NCBI GenBank assembly: GCA_034434735.1
Contig: DAOTYQ010000180.1
Span: 1-63,454 of the forward strand
DNA from: Chloroflexota bacterium
Lineage (GTDB): Bacteria; Chloroflexota; Limnocylindria; Limnocylindrales; CSP1-4
Direction: 5' to 3'
Length of the DNA stretch: 63,454 nt
Shown here: one piece after another, positions 47,707-57,799 of the stretch
Position numbering within the stretch: the stretch's first letter is position 1
Layout of the letters: each line of letters begins with the position of its first letter
The notes under the pieces: model-generated
The model's database searches: none
The model's input: only the letters and a program-made list of their open reading frames with translations
Told to the model about the DNA's origin: nothing
Translations under genes and position numbers: made by a program

Positions 47707-48993
47707 ATGACGGAAGGGGCCCCGACGGGGCAGGGGAGAGTGACTCGAGGCGGCGAGCGCGAAGCGGAGCGGGGTCCGGTCGGGGTCGCCGTCCTCGGTT
47801 CGACGGGCTCCATCGGCCGCTCGGTGGTCGACGTCCTCGCCCGCCACGCCGACCGGTTCCGGGTCGTCGTCCTCGCCGCGGGCCGACGGGTCGAGCACCT
47901 CGCCGAGCAGGCCCAACGTCTCCGCCCGGCCGTCGTCGCCGCCGAGGTGCCGATCTCCCCGGCCGACCTCCCGCCGGCGACCCGGGCGGTCCGGGTCGAC
48001 CGGGCCGGCCTCGCCGAGCTCGCCGCGGCGCCCGAGGTCGAGCTCGTCGTCGTCGGGACGAGCGGCCTGGTCGCCCTCCGGGCGACCATGGCGGCCCTCG
48101 AGGCGGGGAAGGTCGTCGCGACCTCGAACAAGGAGACCCTCGTAGCGGCCGGGCACCTCGTCATGCCCCTCGCCCGACGGCTCGCCGCCGCCGTCGCGGC
48201 GCGCGACCCGGCCGCGCCGGCGGCGAGCCCGCTAGCCTGGCTGCGACCCATCGATTCGGAGCATTCCGCCATCTGGCAGTGTCTCGTCGGCGAGGCTCCG
48301 GGGACGATCCGCCGGCTCCTTCTGACCGCCTCCGGTGGCCCTTTCCTCGACGCACCGCTCGCCGACCTGGCGGCGGTCCGGCCGGCCGACGCCCTCCGGC
48401 ACCCGACCTGGCGGATGGGGCCGAAGATCACCGTGGACTCGGCGACCCTCGTCAACAAGGGCCTGGAGGTCCTCGAGGCGCACTGGCTGTACGATGTCGA
48501 CTACGAGGCGATCGAGGTCGTCATCCACCCCCAGAGCATCGTCCACTCCCTCGTCGAGTTCGTCGACGGGTCGCTGAAGGCCCAGCTGGGCCGACCCGAC
48601 ATGCGCCATCCGATCCAGTACGCCCTCACCTTTCCGAGCCGCCTGCCGGGCCCGGTCGAGGCCCTCGACCTGGCCGCCCTGGGACGCCTGGACTTTCGGA
48701 CGCCCGACCCGGCCCGGTTCCCCGCCCTCGCCACGGCCTATCGGGCCGGCCGGCTGGGGCCGCGGGCGACGGCGGCCCTCATCGCCGCCGACGAGGTCGC
48801 CGTCGAGCGCTTCCTGGGCGGCGAGCTCCCGTTCCCGGGCATCGCCCGGCTCCTCGAAGCGGCCGTCGACCGCTTCGGGGACGGGCCGGCGCCGGCGGAC
48901 GTGGAGGCCGTCGAAGCCCTGACCGCCGAGGTTCGGGCCACCTTCGGCGACGGGCGCCGCCGACCCGCGCCGACCAGCGAGGATCGAGGTTGA
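47707..48993 (+). CDS. dxr: 1-deoxy-D-xylulose 5-phosphate reductoisomerase
   Basis: [13 protein letters not shown]...SNKETLV...[13 protein letters not shown]...LTASGGPF...[17 protein letters not shown](V)NKGLE. Confidence 0.95.
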   Translation: MTEGAPTGQGRVTRGGEREAERGPVGVAVLGSTGSIGRSVVDVLARHADRFRVVVLAAGRRVEHLAEQAQRLRPAVVAAEVPISPADLPPATRAVRVDRAGLAELAAAPEVELVVVGTSGLVALRATMAALEAGKVVATSNKETLVAAGHLVMPLARRLAAAVAARDPAAPAASPLAWLRPIDSEHSAIWQCLVGEAPGTIRRLLLTASGGPFLDAPLADLAAVRPADALRHPTWRMGPKITVDSATLVNKGLEVLEAHWLYDVDYEAIEVVIHPQSIVHSLVEFVDGSLKAQLGRPDMRHPIQYALTFPSRLPGPVEALDLAALGRLDFRTPDPARFPALATAYRAGRLGPRATAALIAADEVAVERFLGGELPFPGIARLLEAAVDRFGDGPAPADVEAVEALTAEVRATFGDGRRRPAPTSEDRG

Positions 48994-50084
48994 TGGCGCT
49001 CCTCCAGGGCCTCGTCGGCCTCGTTCTCTTCATCGTCATCCTCGGCCTCCTCGTCCTCGTCCACGAGCTCGGCCACTTTTTCGTCGCCCGGCGAGCTGGG
49101 GTGAGGGTCCACGAGTTCGGGATCGGCTTCCCGCCCCGGGCGGTCGTCCTTCGGTCGGACGGCGAGACGCTCTACACCCTCAACTGGCTGCCGATCGGCG
49201 GCTTCGTCAAGCTCGAGGGCGAGGAGGGCGAGTCGGACGATCCGCGCGCCTTCGTCCGCGCGCCCTTCGTGACCAAGCAGGCCATCCTCGTCGCCGGGGT
49301 GGCGATGAACGTCCTCTTCGCCGTCGCCGTCTTCGTCGCCGTCGCCTGGCTGCCGCAGCAGGCGGTCGGCCTCTCCTTCCGAGAGGTCCAGCCCGGCTCG
49401 CCGGCCGCCGTGGCCGGCCTTCGGCCGGGCGACGCGATCGTCGCCATCGACGGGCGTCTCTTCGATGCCTACGACGGCCCTCTGGCGATGGTCGAGACTC
49501 TCCGGGCGAAGGCCGGGGAGTCGGTGACCATCGGCCTCCTCCGCGATGGGTCGTACCTGGAGGTCGCGGCGGTCCTGCGGCGGCCGGAGGAACTCGGACC
49601 CGAGCGGGGTGCCCTCGGGATCGTCGACCTGCGGGCCGCACTGACCGAGCGAACGTTCACCCGCGCTCCGGTCGCCGCCGTCGGGACCGGACTCGACCGG
49701 ACGGTACGGGCCTTCGGGCTCATCCTCGGCGGCCTCGCCGAGCTGGGTCGGTCCCTGGTCGAGGCGCCCGGCGCCCCGCCGCCGGCAGCCGGGCCGGTCG
49801 GGATCGCCTCCCAGATCGCCGACGTCTTCTGGCAGGCCGGGCCGGTGGCGACCCTCTACGTGGCCGGGATCCTGTCGGCGAACCTCGCCCTGGTCAACAT
49901 CCTGCCGATCCCGCCCCTCGACGGGGGGCGGATGCTCATGCTCGTCCTGCGGGCCGTCGCCGGGCGGCGGCTCTCGGTCCGGGTCGAGCAGCTGACGTAC
50001 CTCGTCGGCTTCGTCCTCCTTTTCGGTTTTCTCATCTGGCTGACGGCCTTCGACATCTCCCGACTCGGTGGAGGTGCCCCATGA
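48993..50084 (+). CDS. rseP: RIP site-2 metalloprotease (RseP/Rip1, M50 family) with PDZ domain
   Basis: [13 protein letters not shown] (HExxH)...[11 protein letters not shown]...[16 protein letters not shown]...[16 protein letters not shown]. Confidence 0.9.
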   Translation: MALLQGLVGLVLFIVILGLLVLVHELGHFFVARRAGVRVHEFGIGFPPRAVVLRSDGETLYTLNWLPIGGFVKLEGEEGESDDPRAFVRAPFVTKQAILVAGVAMNVLFAVAVFVAVAWLPQQAVGLSFREVQPGSPAAVAGLRPGDAIVAIDGRLFDAYDGPLAMVETLRAKAGESVTIGLLRDGSYLEVAAVLRRPEELGPERGALGIVDLRAALTERTFTRAPVAAVGTGLDRTVRAFGLILGGLAELGRSLVEAPGAPPPAAGPVGIASQIADVFWQAGPVATLYVAGILSANLALVNILPIPPLDGGRMLMLVLRAVAGRRLSVRVEQLTYLVGFVLLFGFLIWLTAFDISRLGGGAP

Positions 50085-51400
50085 GCGAGACCCCGGATCC
50101 GTCGGCGATGACTCTCGGCGTCGCGGTTCCGGCGCCGGTGGGCGCGCGTCGGCGGCGGACGGTGAGCGTCGACGTCGACGGGGTCCGGATCGGCTCCGAG
50201 CATCCCATCGTCGTCCAATCGATGACGAACACCGACACCGCCGACCCGGACGCGACGGCCCTCCAGGTCGCCCGGCTCGCTCACGCCGGGAGCGAGCTCG
50301 TCCGGGTGACAGTGAACACCGAGGCGGCGGCGCGGGCCGTTCCGGAGATGATCCGGAAGCTCCGCGACCTCGGGGTCGGGACGCCCATCGTCGGCGACTT
50401 CCACTACAACGGCCATCGGCTCCTGGTCGAGTACCCGGCCATGGCCAAGGCACTGGCGAAGTACCGGGTCAACCCCGGGAACGTCGGGACCCGGCACCGG
50501 GACGAGAACTTCGCGACCATCGTCCGGGTCGCCCTCGAGCACGGCAAGCCGATCCGGATCGGGGTGAACTGGGGCTCCCTGGACCAGGATCTCTTGACCG
50601 AGCTCATGGAGGCGAACGCCCGCCGGCCCGAGCCGCGCTCGGCCCGCGAGGTGACCATCGAGGCCATGGTTGCCTCGGCGCTCCGGTCGGCCGAGCTCGC
50701 CGAGTCGCTCGGTCTGCCCCACGACCGGATCGTCCTCTCGGCCAAAGTCTCGGCGGTGCCGGATCTCGTCGAGGTCTACCGGCGCCTCGCCGCCCGCTGC
50801 GATTACCCGCTCCACCTCGGCCTGACCGAAGCCGGGCTCGGCGACCGGGGGATCGTCGCCAGCAGCGCCGGCCTCGCCATCCTCCTCGCCGAGGGGATCG
50901 GCGACACGATCCGGGTGTCCCTCACCCCCGAGCCGGGGGCGCCGCGGGAGCGGGAGGTCGAGATCGCCCAGCTCATCCTCCAGGTCCTTGGCCTGCGGTC
51001 CTTCGCCCCCCAGGTCTCGGCCTGCCCCGGCTGCGGCCGGACGACGTCGAGCTTCTTCCAGGAGCTAGCCCGCACCGTCACCGACCACATCCGGGCCCGG
51101 ATGCCGGAGTGGCGAAGCCGCTACCCCGGCGTCGAGGAGCTCCGGGTCGCCGTCATGGGCTGCGTCGTCAACGGGCCGGGCGAATCGAAGCACGCCGACG
51201 TCGGGATCAGCCTACCCGGCACCTTCGAGGAGCCGGTGGCCCCGGTCTACGTCGAGGGGCGGCTCGTCCGGACGCTCCGCGGAGAGGGGCTGGCCGAGGA
51301 CTTCCTCGATCTTCTCGATGCCTACGTCGAGGCGCGCTTCGGGCGGTCGACCCCGGAGGCCGGGGCGGCCGTGGAGGTCGGGGGCACGTCCGGGACCTGA
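50081..51400 (+). CDS. ispG: 4-hydroxy-3-methylbut-2-enyl diphosphate synthase
   Basis: [13 protein letters not shown]...VRVTV...YRVNPGNVG...[10 protein letters not shown]...ACPGCGRT...[12 protein letters not shown]. Confidence 0.95.
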   Translation: MSETPDPSAMTLGVAVPAPVGARRRRTVSVDVDGVRIGSEHPIVVQSMTNTDTADPDATALQVARLAHAGSELVRVTVNTEAAARAVPEMIRKLRDLGVGTPIVGDFHYNGHRLLVEYPAMAKALAKYRVNPGNVGTRHRDENFATIVRVALEHGKPIRIGVNWGSLDQDLLTELMEANARRPEPRSAREVTIEAMVASALRSAELAESLGLPHDRIVLSAKVSAVPDLVEVYRRLAARCDYPLHLGLTEAGLGDRGIVASSAGLAILLAEGIGDTIRVSLTPEPGAPREREVEIAQLILQVLGLRSFAPQVSACPGCGRTTSSFFQELARTVTDHIRARMPEWRSRYPGVEELRVAVMGCVVNGPGESKHADVGISLPGTFEEPVAPVYVEGRLVRTLRGEGLAEDFLDLLDAYVEARFGRSTPEAGAAVEVGGTSGT

Positions 51401-51505
51401 CAACAGCCTCCTCAGCCGGGTCGACCGTCGCGGGACCCGTGATCCCGCCGCCGCCGGTTGCCGGTCCGGCGATGGACCCGTTGGTTGGCGCCGCCGCGGC
51501 TGCGG

Positions 51506-51513
51506 TGTATACT
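51506..51513 (+). promoter_or_regulatory. -10 candidate TGTATACT upstream of nusA
   Basis: Located in the most AT-rich patch of the window, about 95 nt upstream of the nusA GTG. Confidence 0.4.
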
Positions 51514-51539
51514 TGATGCTACTGACACGGCCGCCACAG

Positions 51540-51563
51540 AACGTGGGTGACCCCCACGTTTTT
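51540..51563 (+). terminator. intrinsic-terminator-like hairpin plus T-tract in the nusA leader (candidate attenuator)
   Basis: AACGTGGG-tgacc-CCCACGTT (8 bp) followed by TTTGTATG. Lies between the TGTATACT box and the nusA SD/GTG. Confidence 0.5.
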
Positions 51564-51607
51564 GTATGTCGGCCCCATCGAGAGCTTGATCGTCGGGAGG
51601 CGCGAAC

Positions 51608-52837
51608 GTGAGTCGAGATTTCATCGGCGCCCTCCTGCAACTGAACGCCGAGAAGCAGGTCCCCCGCGAACAGCTCCTCCGAACCGTCGAGGAGGCGATC
51701 CAGGCTGCCTACCGGCGGGTCGACGGCGACGAGGACATCCACGTCCGGATCGATCCCGAGACGGGCAAGATCCGGGTCTTCCGGGCGCGCCTCGTCGTCG
51801 AGGTCGTCGAGGACCCGCAGACCCAGTTCACCCTCGAGGAGGCCCGCCGCCACGACCCGAACGCCAAGGTCGGCGACCTCGTGGAGTATCAGCAGCTCGA
51901 CCAAGCGTCCTTCGGCCGGATCCACGCCCAGACGGCCAAGCAGGTCGTCCTCCAGCGGCTCCGGGAAGCCGAGCGCGACGTCGTCTACGACCACTTCGCC
52001 AGCCGCGAGGGCGAGCTCATCAGCGGGACCGTCAAGCGGGTCGAACCGCGGGCCATCATCCTCGATCTCGGGCGCGATGTCGAGGGGATCCTGGCCACGA
52101 CCGAGCAGTCGCCGATCGAGCACTACCGGATCGGCCAGACCGTCAAGGCGTACGTCCTCGAGGTCCGGCGCTCACCGCGGGGGCCCCAGGTCTTTCTGTC
52201 GCGGACCCACAAGGGCTTCCTGCGCCGCCTCTTCGAGCTCGAGGTCCCCGAGATCCACGCCGGGACCGTCGAGATCAAGGCCATCGCCCGTGAGCCCGGC
52301 AGTCGGAGCAAGGTCGCCGTGGCGAGCCGTCAGGAGGGGCTCGATCCGGTCGGGGCGACGGTCGGCCAGCGGGGAGCGCGCGTCCAGGCCGTCGTCGCCG
52401 AGCTCGGCGGCGAGAAGATCGACGTCATCCCCTGGTCGGAGGACCCGGCGGCCTTCGTTGCCAACGCCCTCTCCCCGGCCCAGGTCCTGTCCGTCGACAT
52501 CGACCAGGAGCGACGGATCGCGACGGTGACGGTCCCGGAACGGATGCTGTCGCTGGCCATCGGTCGGGAGGGCCAGAACGCCAGGCTCGCCGCCCGACTC
52601 ACCGGCTGGCGGATCGACATCCGGAGCGACGTCGCCCACGCCGAACCCGCCGCCAAGCCCGACGCGGCGAAGCCGGCGGCCGACCCGGTGGACCCGGCGA
52701 GCGATCCCGGTGGGCCCGAGGCGCCGGCGGCCGCTTCGGCGGCCGCGACCGCCGCGACGGCGACCGAGACGGCGGCCCGGCCGAAGCGCGCCGCCCGGCG
52801 GACGGCCAAGGCGGCGGACGGGGAGGGATCGTCGTAG
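51608..52837 (+). CDS. nusA: transcription termination/antitermination factor NusA
   Basis: GTG 51608, 7 nt after GGAGG. S1 domain GELISGTVKRVE. KH domains REPGSRSKVAV...DPVGATVGQRGARV and LAIGREGQNARLAARLTGWRIDI. Ala/Pro-rich tail. Confidence 0.95.
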   Translation: MSRDFIGALLQLNAEKQVPREQLLRTVEEAIQAAYRRVDGDEDIHVRIDPETGKIRVFRARLVVEVVEDPQTQFTLEEARRHDPNAKVGDLVEYQQLDQASFGRIHAQTAKQVVLQRLREAERDVVYDHFASREGELISGTVKRVEPRAIILDLGRDVEGILATTEQSPIEHYRIGQTVKAYVLEVRRSPRGPQVFLSRTHKGFLRRLFELEVPEIHAGTVEIKAIAREPGSRSKVAVASRQEGLDPVGATVGQRGARVQAVVAELGGEKIDVIPWSEDPAAFVANALSPAQVLSVDIDQERRIATVTVPERMLSLAIGREGQNARLAARLTGWRIDIRSDVAHAEPAAKPDAAKPAADPVDPASDPGGPEAPAAASAAATAATATETAARPKRAARRTAKAADGEGSS

Positions 52838-53223
52838 CCCGGGCCGTCGGCGCCGGCCGGGCTCGCCCCGTCCCGACCCGGACCTGCGTCGCCTGTCGGA
52901 CGGCCCGACCGAAGCGGGAGCTCGTCCGCGTCGTCCGGACACCCGAGGGTTCCGTCGTCGTCGATCCGAGCGGCAAGCGGAGCGGACGGGGGGCGTATCT
53001 CTGCCCGACGCCGGCGTGCCTCGCCCTCGCCAGGCGGCGGGGCGGCCTCGCCAGGGCCCTCGGCGTGCCGATCCCGGCCGAGCTCCTCGACGGACTCGAG
53101 CAGGGGATCGGGGGGCCGGCGGCCGGGGCCGAAGCGGCGGCGCCGACGGGCCCGTCCGGCAGGGTTGGCGCCGATGTCCGAGAATCAGAGTCGATGAACG
53201 GAGGACAGCGTGGCACGAAGTAG
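52828..53223 (+). CDS. YlxR/DUF448 family RNA-binding protein (start codon unresolved)
   Basis: Own translation of frame 1: ...[48 protein letters not shown]... Classic YlxR motifs between nusA and infB. No ATG/GTG/TTG upstream of the motif, so it is absent from the ORF track. ATC 52828 is only a candidate. Stop is TAG 53221-53223. Confidence 0.7.
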   Translation: MVVARAVGAGRARPVPTRTCVACRTARPKRELVRVVRTPEGSVVVDPSGKRSGRGAYLCPTPACLALARRRGGLARALGVPIPAELLDGLEQGIGGPAAGAEAAAPTGPSGRVGADVRESESMNGGQRGTK

Positions 53224-55108
53224 GAGCGGAACGCGCGGTCGTCGAGGGCCGCGGAAACCGCCGCGACGAGACCAGCCCTTCGCCGGGGCGCCGGTCGGCG
53301 TCGCGGAGCCGCGGGAGCGGGGCGCCATCGAGCTGCCGTCGACGATCACCGTCGCCGACCTGGCCGGCCAGCTCGGGGTGAACGTCGCGGACGTCATCCG
53401 CGAGCTCATCAAGAACGGGATCTTCGCGACCATCAACCAGCTCATCGACCGCGACACCGCCTCCCTCGTCGCTGCGGAGCTCGGCTTCGAGGTCGCCGAG
53501 CCGGTCGCCGCCGGCGGCAACGGAACCGCCGAGTCGGCCGTCGAGGCGGCGCCGGCCGAGGCGGCCAGGGAGCGCCTCTTCGAGGAAGAGGATCCGAGCC
53601 TTCTCCAGCCACGGGCGCCCATCGTCACCGTCATGGGCCACGTCGACCACGGTAAGACGAGTCTCCTCGACGCCATCCGCAAGACCGCCGTCGCTGCCGG
53701 CGAACGGGGCGGCATCACCCAGCACATCGGGGCCTCCGAGGTCGTCAAGGACGATCGGCGGATCGTCTTCCTCGACACGCCGGGCCACGAGGCCTTCACC
53801 GCGATGCGGGCCCGCGGGGCGTAGGTGACCGACATCGCCATCATCGTCGTCGCCGCCGACGACGGGGTCATGCCCCAGACCGTCGAGGCGATCAGCCACG
53901 CCCGGGCGGCCAAGGTCCCCATCGTCATCGCCCTCAACAAGATCGACAAGCCCGACGCCAACCCGGAGCGCGTCAAGACCGAGCTCTCCGAGCACGGCGT
54001 CGTCATCGAGGAGTACGGCGGCGACGTCCCCCTCGTCCCCGTCTCGGCCAAGACCGGCCAGGGCCTCGACGACCTCCTCGAGGTCGTCCTCCTCGTCGCC
54101 GACCTGGCCGAGCTCCGGGCCAACCCGAAGCGTCCCGCCGTCGGAACCGTCATCGAAGCCCAGCTCGACCGGGGCCGAGGTCCGGTAGCGACGGTCATCG
54201 TCCAGACGGGCACCCTCCGCGTCGGGGACATCGTCGTGGCCGGTCAGACCCTGGGCCGGGTCCGGGCCCTCGAGAACGCCAACGGCAAGCGGGTCCCGAA
54301 GGCGGGGCCGGCCACGGCGGTCGTCGTGCTCGGCCTCTCCGACGTGCCGGAGGCCGGCGACATCCTCCAGGTCGTGCCCGACGAGAAGACGGCGCGGGCC
54401 ATGGTCGAGGAACGACGCGCGGCGGCGAGCCGGGCCGGGGAGACCCAGACCCGGGCGACCCTCGAAGACCTCTACCGACAGTTCCAGGCCGGCCAGGCGA
54501 AGGAACTTCGCCTCATCGTCAAGGCCGACGTCGCCGGTTCGCTGGAGGCGATCCGCCATGCCCTCGAGCAGCTTCCCGCCGATGACGTCCGGATCAACAT
54601 CCTCCACGAGGCGGCCGGCGAGATCACCGACAACGACATCATGCTCGCCGCGGCCTCGAATGCCATCGTCATCGGTTTCAACACGCGGATCAGCGAGACG
54701 GCCCGCCGGTCGGCCCAGGAGGCGGGCGTCGACGTCCGGCTCTACGACATCATCTACCAGCTCACCGACGACATCGAGCGGGCGCTCAAGGGCATGCTCG
54801 AGCCCGAGGTCGTCGAGGTCATCGAGGGCCGAGCCGAGGTTCGCCAGATCTTCCGGGTCGGGAAGGGGACCGTCGTCGCCGGCTGCTACGTGACCGAGGG
54901 TCGGATCGTCCGCGGCGGCGGGGCGCGGATCTGGCGGGGCGGCAAGGTCGTCGCTACCGACCGGATCGAGTCGCTCCGGCGCTTCCGCGACGACGTCCGG
55001 GAGGTCGCCGCCGGGTTCGAGTGCGGGATCGGGCTGGCCTCCTTCGGCGACTTCGTCGAGGGCGACATCATCGAGTGCGTCACGAGCCAGACGGTCCAGC
55101 GGAGCTAG
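53210..55108 (+). CDS. infB: translation initiation factor IF-2, reading frame interrupted by an in-frame TAG at 53822-53824
   Basis: GTG 53210 after [23 protein letters not shown] (G1), [43 protein letters not shown] (G4). The two track ORFs, 53210..53824 and 53825..55108, are contiguous and in frame. Confidence 0.9.
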
Positions 55109-55169
55109 CCGTGGGAGACGGGCGGCGACGCGGCGGGCGGCCGGGCCCGGCCGACGCCCGAGGGCGTTG

Positions 55170-55745
55170 ATGCCGACGTACCGCCGGCGGCGGATCGACG
55201 AGCTCCTCCGGGAGACGATCGGCGAGTTGCTGACCCGGGAGGTCGTCGATCCGCGGATCGGCTTCGCCACCGTCACCGAGGTCGAGACGACGCCGGACCT
55301 CGGCCACGCCCGGGTCTGGGTGAGCGTCATCGGCGAGACGGCCGAGCGGGCGGCGACCATCGCCGCCCTCGAGCGGGCGATGGTCTTCGTCCGGCGGGAG
55401 CTCGGGCACCGGCTCCATCTCCGTCGGATCCCGGAGCTCCAGGTTCGGCTGGACGAGTCGGCCGACCGGGGGACGCGGGTCCTTCGGCTCCTCGCCGACA
55501 TTGAGGCCGGCCGCGAGCCGACGCCGCTCCCCGAAGGCGAGTCGCTTCCCCAGCCCGTGCCACGGCGGGCCGAACCGGTCGACGCGACCGCGGCCCCGGG
55601 ATCCGACGAGGCCGAGCCCGCCGTGGCCGGGCGGCGGGGGCGTCGCCCGAGCCGATCGGGATCCGGCACGGATCGCCGGAGCGGGCCCGTGCACGGCGGC
55701 CGGCCGACACCGGGACGCGGAGTGCGGCGCCAACACGAGCGATGA
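55170..55745 (+). CDS. rbfA: ribosome-binding factor A with Arg-rich C-terminal extension
   Basis: RRRRIDELLRETIGELLTREVVDPRIGFATVTEVETTPDLGHARVWVSV...LRRIPELQ. Confidence 0.9.
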   Translation: MPTYRRRRIDELLRETIGELLTREVVDPRIGFATVTEVETTPDLGHARVWVSVIGETAERAATIAALERAMVFVRRELGHRLHLRRIPELQVRLDESADRGTRVLRLLADIEAGREPTPLPEGESLPQPVPRRAEPVDATAAPGSDEAEPAVAGRRGRRPSRSGSGTDRRSGPVHGGRPTPGRGVRRQHER

Positions 55746-56770
55746 CGGCCGATCTCATCGACCTTCGCCCCTTTGCCGAGGCCGTCCCCGAGGCGACCAT
55801 CGCCGCCCTTCGCCGGGCCCGGTCGGTCCTCGCCGTCGGCCACGAACACCCCGACGCAGATACGCTCGGGGCGAGCCTCGCCGTCGTCCGGATCGTCGAG
55901 TGGCTCGGTGGGCGCGGGACGCCGGTCTGCGCCGATCCCGTGCCGGAGCTCTATCACTTCCTGCCCGGCATGGAGCGCTTCCGGACCGACCCGGAGCCGA
56001 ACCTCGACTACGACCTCCTCGTCCTCTCCGATTGTGCGAGCCTCGACCGGATCGGGCCGCTCCTCGAGCGAGAGCGGGCCCGGATCGAGGGGCTGCCCCG
56101 ACTCGTCCTCGACCATCACCTGAGCAACGAGGCAGCCGGCCCTGCCGACTGGGTCGACCCGACGGCCGCGGCGACCTGCGAGCTCGTCGGCCTCCTCGCG
56201 GCCCGGCTCGGCGTGCCGTTCGATCTCGACGACGGCGCCCTGGCCAGCATCTTGCTGGCCGGGATCGTCATGGACACGGCGACCTTCGCCCATCCGAACG
56301 CGACACCGCGGACCCTCGCCGTCGCCGCCGCCCTCCTCGCCGCCGGGGCTCCGCTCTCCGAGATCTCGCGGCGCCTCTACCGGACGAAGCCGGATAGCCA
56401 GCTCCGCCTCTTCGGTCGGGTCCTCGACCGTCTCGAGACGACGGCAGGCGGTCGGGTCATCCACTCCACCCTCTACGCGGCGGATCTGGCGGCGACGGGG
56501 GCGAACCCGGCCCACTCCGAGGGCCTCGTCGACCTCCTCAGCCAGTCGGCGTCGGCCGAGGTGGCGATCCTCTTCAAGGAGCAGGGAGACCGGACTCGGA
56601 TCTCGGTCCGGACGAAGCCGGGCGGGCTGGACGCCACGGTCCTGACCGGCCGCTTCGGCGGTGGCGGTCACGCCCGGGCCGCCGGGGCGACCATCGAGGC
56701 GCCCGTCGACGTCGCCCGGGAGCGCGTCCTCGCGGAGGCCGTCGCCCTCGCCGAGGCGGTTCGCCGATGA
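55742..56770 (+). CDS. nrnA: DHH/DHHA1 phosphoesterase (NrnA-like oligoribonuclease/pAp phosphatase)
   Basis: LAVGHEHPDADTLGAS...LVLSDCAS...LDHH...DTATF...DHHA1 GGGGHARAAG. ATGA overlaps on both sides. Confidence 0.85.
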   Translation: MTADLIDLRPFAEAVPEATIAALRRARSVLAVGHEHPDADTLGASLAVVRIVEWLGGRGTPVCADPVPELYHFLPGMERFRTDPEPNLDYDLLVLSDCASLDRIGPLLERERARIEGLPRLVLDHHLSNEAAGPADWVDPTAAATCELVGLLAARLGVPFDLDDGALASILLAGIVMDTATFAHPNATPRTLAVAAALLAAGAPLSEISRRLYRTKPDSQLRLFGRVLDRLETTAGGRVIHSTLYAADLAATGANPAHSEGLVDLLSQSASAEVAILFKEQGDRTRISVRTKPGGLDATVLTGRFGGGGHARAAGATIEAPVDVARERVLAEAVALAEAVRR

Positions 56771-57777
56771 CGATGCCCGAGGACAGGCTGCCGATCGGCT
56801 CCCGGGGCGGGGCGTCGCCGAAGCGGCCCGACGGCGGTCTCGACGGCATCCTCGTCGTGGACAAGCCGGCCGGGCCGACCTCCCACGACGTCGTCGCCCT
56901 CGTCCGGCGGCTGGCGGCGACCCGCCGGGTCGGCCACGGCGGAACCCTCGACCCCTTCGCCACCGGCGTCCTCGTCCTCTTCCTCGGCCGGGCGACCCGG
57001 CTTGCTGAGTACCACCTCCGGGCACCGAAGCGGTACCGGGCGACGATCTGCTTCGGGGCGAGCTCGACGACCGACGATCTGGAAGGCGAGATGACGCCGG
57101 CCCAAGGCCCGCCACCGGATCGCGCGGCGGTGGAGGCGGCCCTCGACGAGTTCCGGGGGCCGATCCTCCAGGTCCCGCCGACCTACAGCGCGGTCAAGGT
57201 CCGGGGCCGGCGAGCCTACGCCCTCGCCCGACGCGGCCACGAGCCCGAACTCCAGCCACGGCCCGTCCGGATCGACGTCCTCGAGCTCGTCGACTGGGAC
57301 GCCAGCGACCCCACCCGTCCGATCGCCGTCCTCGACGTCCTCTGCTCGGCCGGGATGTACGTCCGGGCCCTGGCCCGGGACCTCGGCCGGGCCGTCGGCA
57401 ACGCCGCCTATCTCGGCGCTCTGACCCGGACCGGGAGCGGCGCCTTCCGGCTCGAGATGGCACACGACCTCGACGCGATCCGGTCGGCCGCGGCCGCCGG
57501 TCCCGAGGGCCTCCGTGAGCTCCTCCTGCCGATCGATGCCGGCCTCGAGGCGATGCCGGCGCTTCCGCTCACACCGGCCGAGGTCGCCGCCGTCGCCCGG
57601 GGCCAGTTCGTCCGGCCGCTGGCTCGGGCGTCGCTCCCGCCGGGACCGCGGGTCGGCCCGGTTCGCCTCGTCGGCCCGAGCGGCCTCGTCGCCATCGCCG
57701 AGTGGGAGGGGCCCCGACTCGTCCCCCATAAGGTCCTCGTCGATCCGCCGGCCGCAGCCGTCCGGCGGCCGGGCTGA
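56767..57777 (+). CDS. truB: tRNA pseudouridine(55) synthase TruB
   Basis: GILVVDKPAGPTSHDVV...VGHGGTLDPFATGVLVL...QVPPTYSAVKVRG(R)RAY. Confidence 0.93.
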   Translation: MTMPEDRLPIGSRGGASPKRPDGGLDGILVVDKPAGPTSHDVVALVRRLAATRRVGHGGTLDPFATGVLVLFLGRATRLAEYHLRAPKRYRATICFGASSTTDDLEGEMTPAQGPPPDRAAVEAALDEFRGPILQVPPTYSAVKVRGRRAYALARRGHEPELQPRPVRIDVLELVDWDASDPTRPIAVLDVLCSAGMYVRALARDLGRAVGNAAYLGALTRTGSGAFRLEMAHDLDAIRSAAAAGPEGLRELLLPIDAGLEAMPALPLTPAEVAAVARGQFVRPLARASLPPGPRVGPVRLVGPSGLVAIAEWEGPRLVPHKVLVDPPAAAVRRPG

Positions 57778-57799
57778 GACGAGGCGGGCGACCGACCCG

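Noticed and set aside
52172-57115. A very long antisense ORF (1647 aa), plus similar ones at 31701..34619, 34652..37408, 59159..61768, 8388..10571 and 5354..7531.
   Set aside because: Their translations are Arg/Pro/Gly/Asp-rich low-complexity sequence. They lie exactly opposite genes with unmistakable conserved products (nusA-infB-rbfA-nrnA-truB, smc, ftsY/ffh, pnp, ileS). Long open antisense and out-of-frame ORFs are expected in DNA with extreme GC3.
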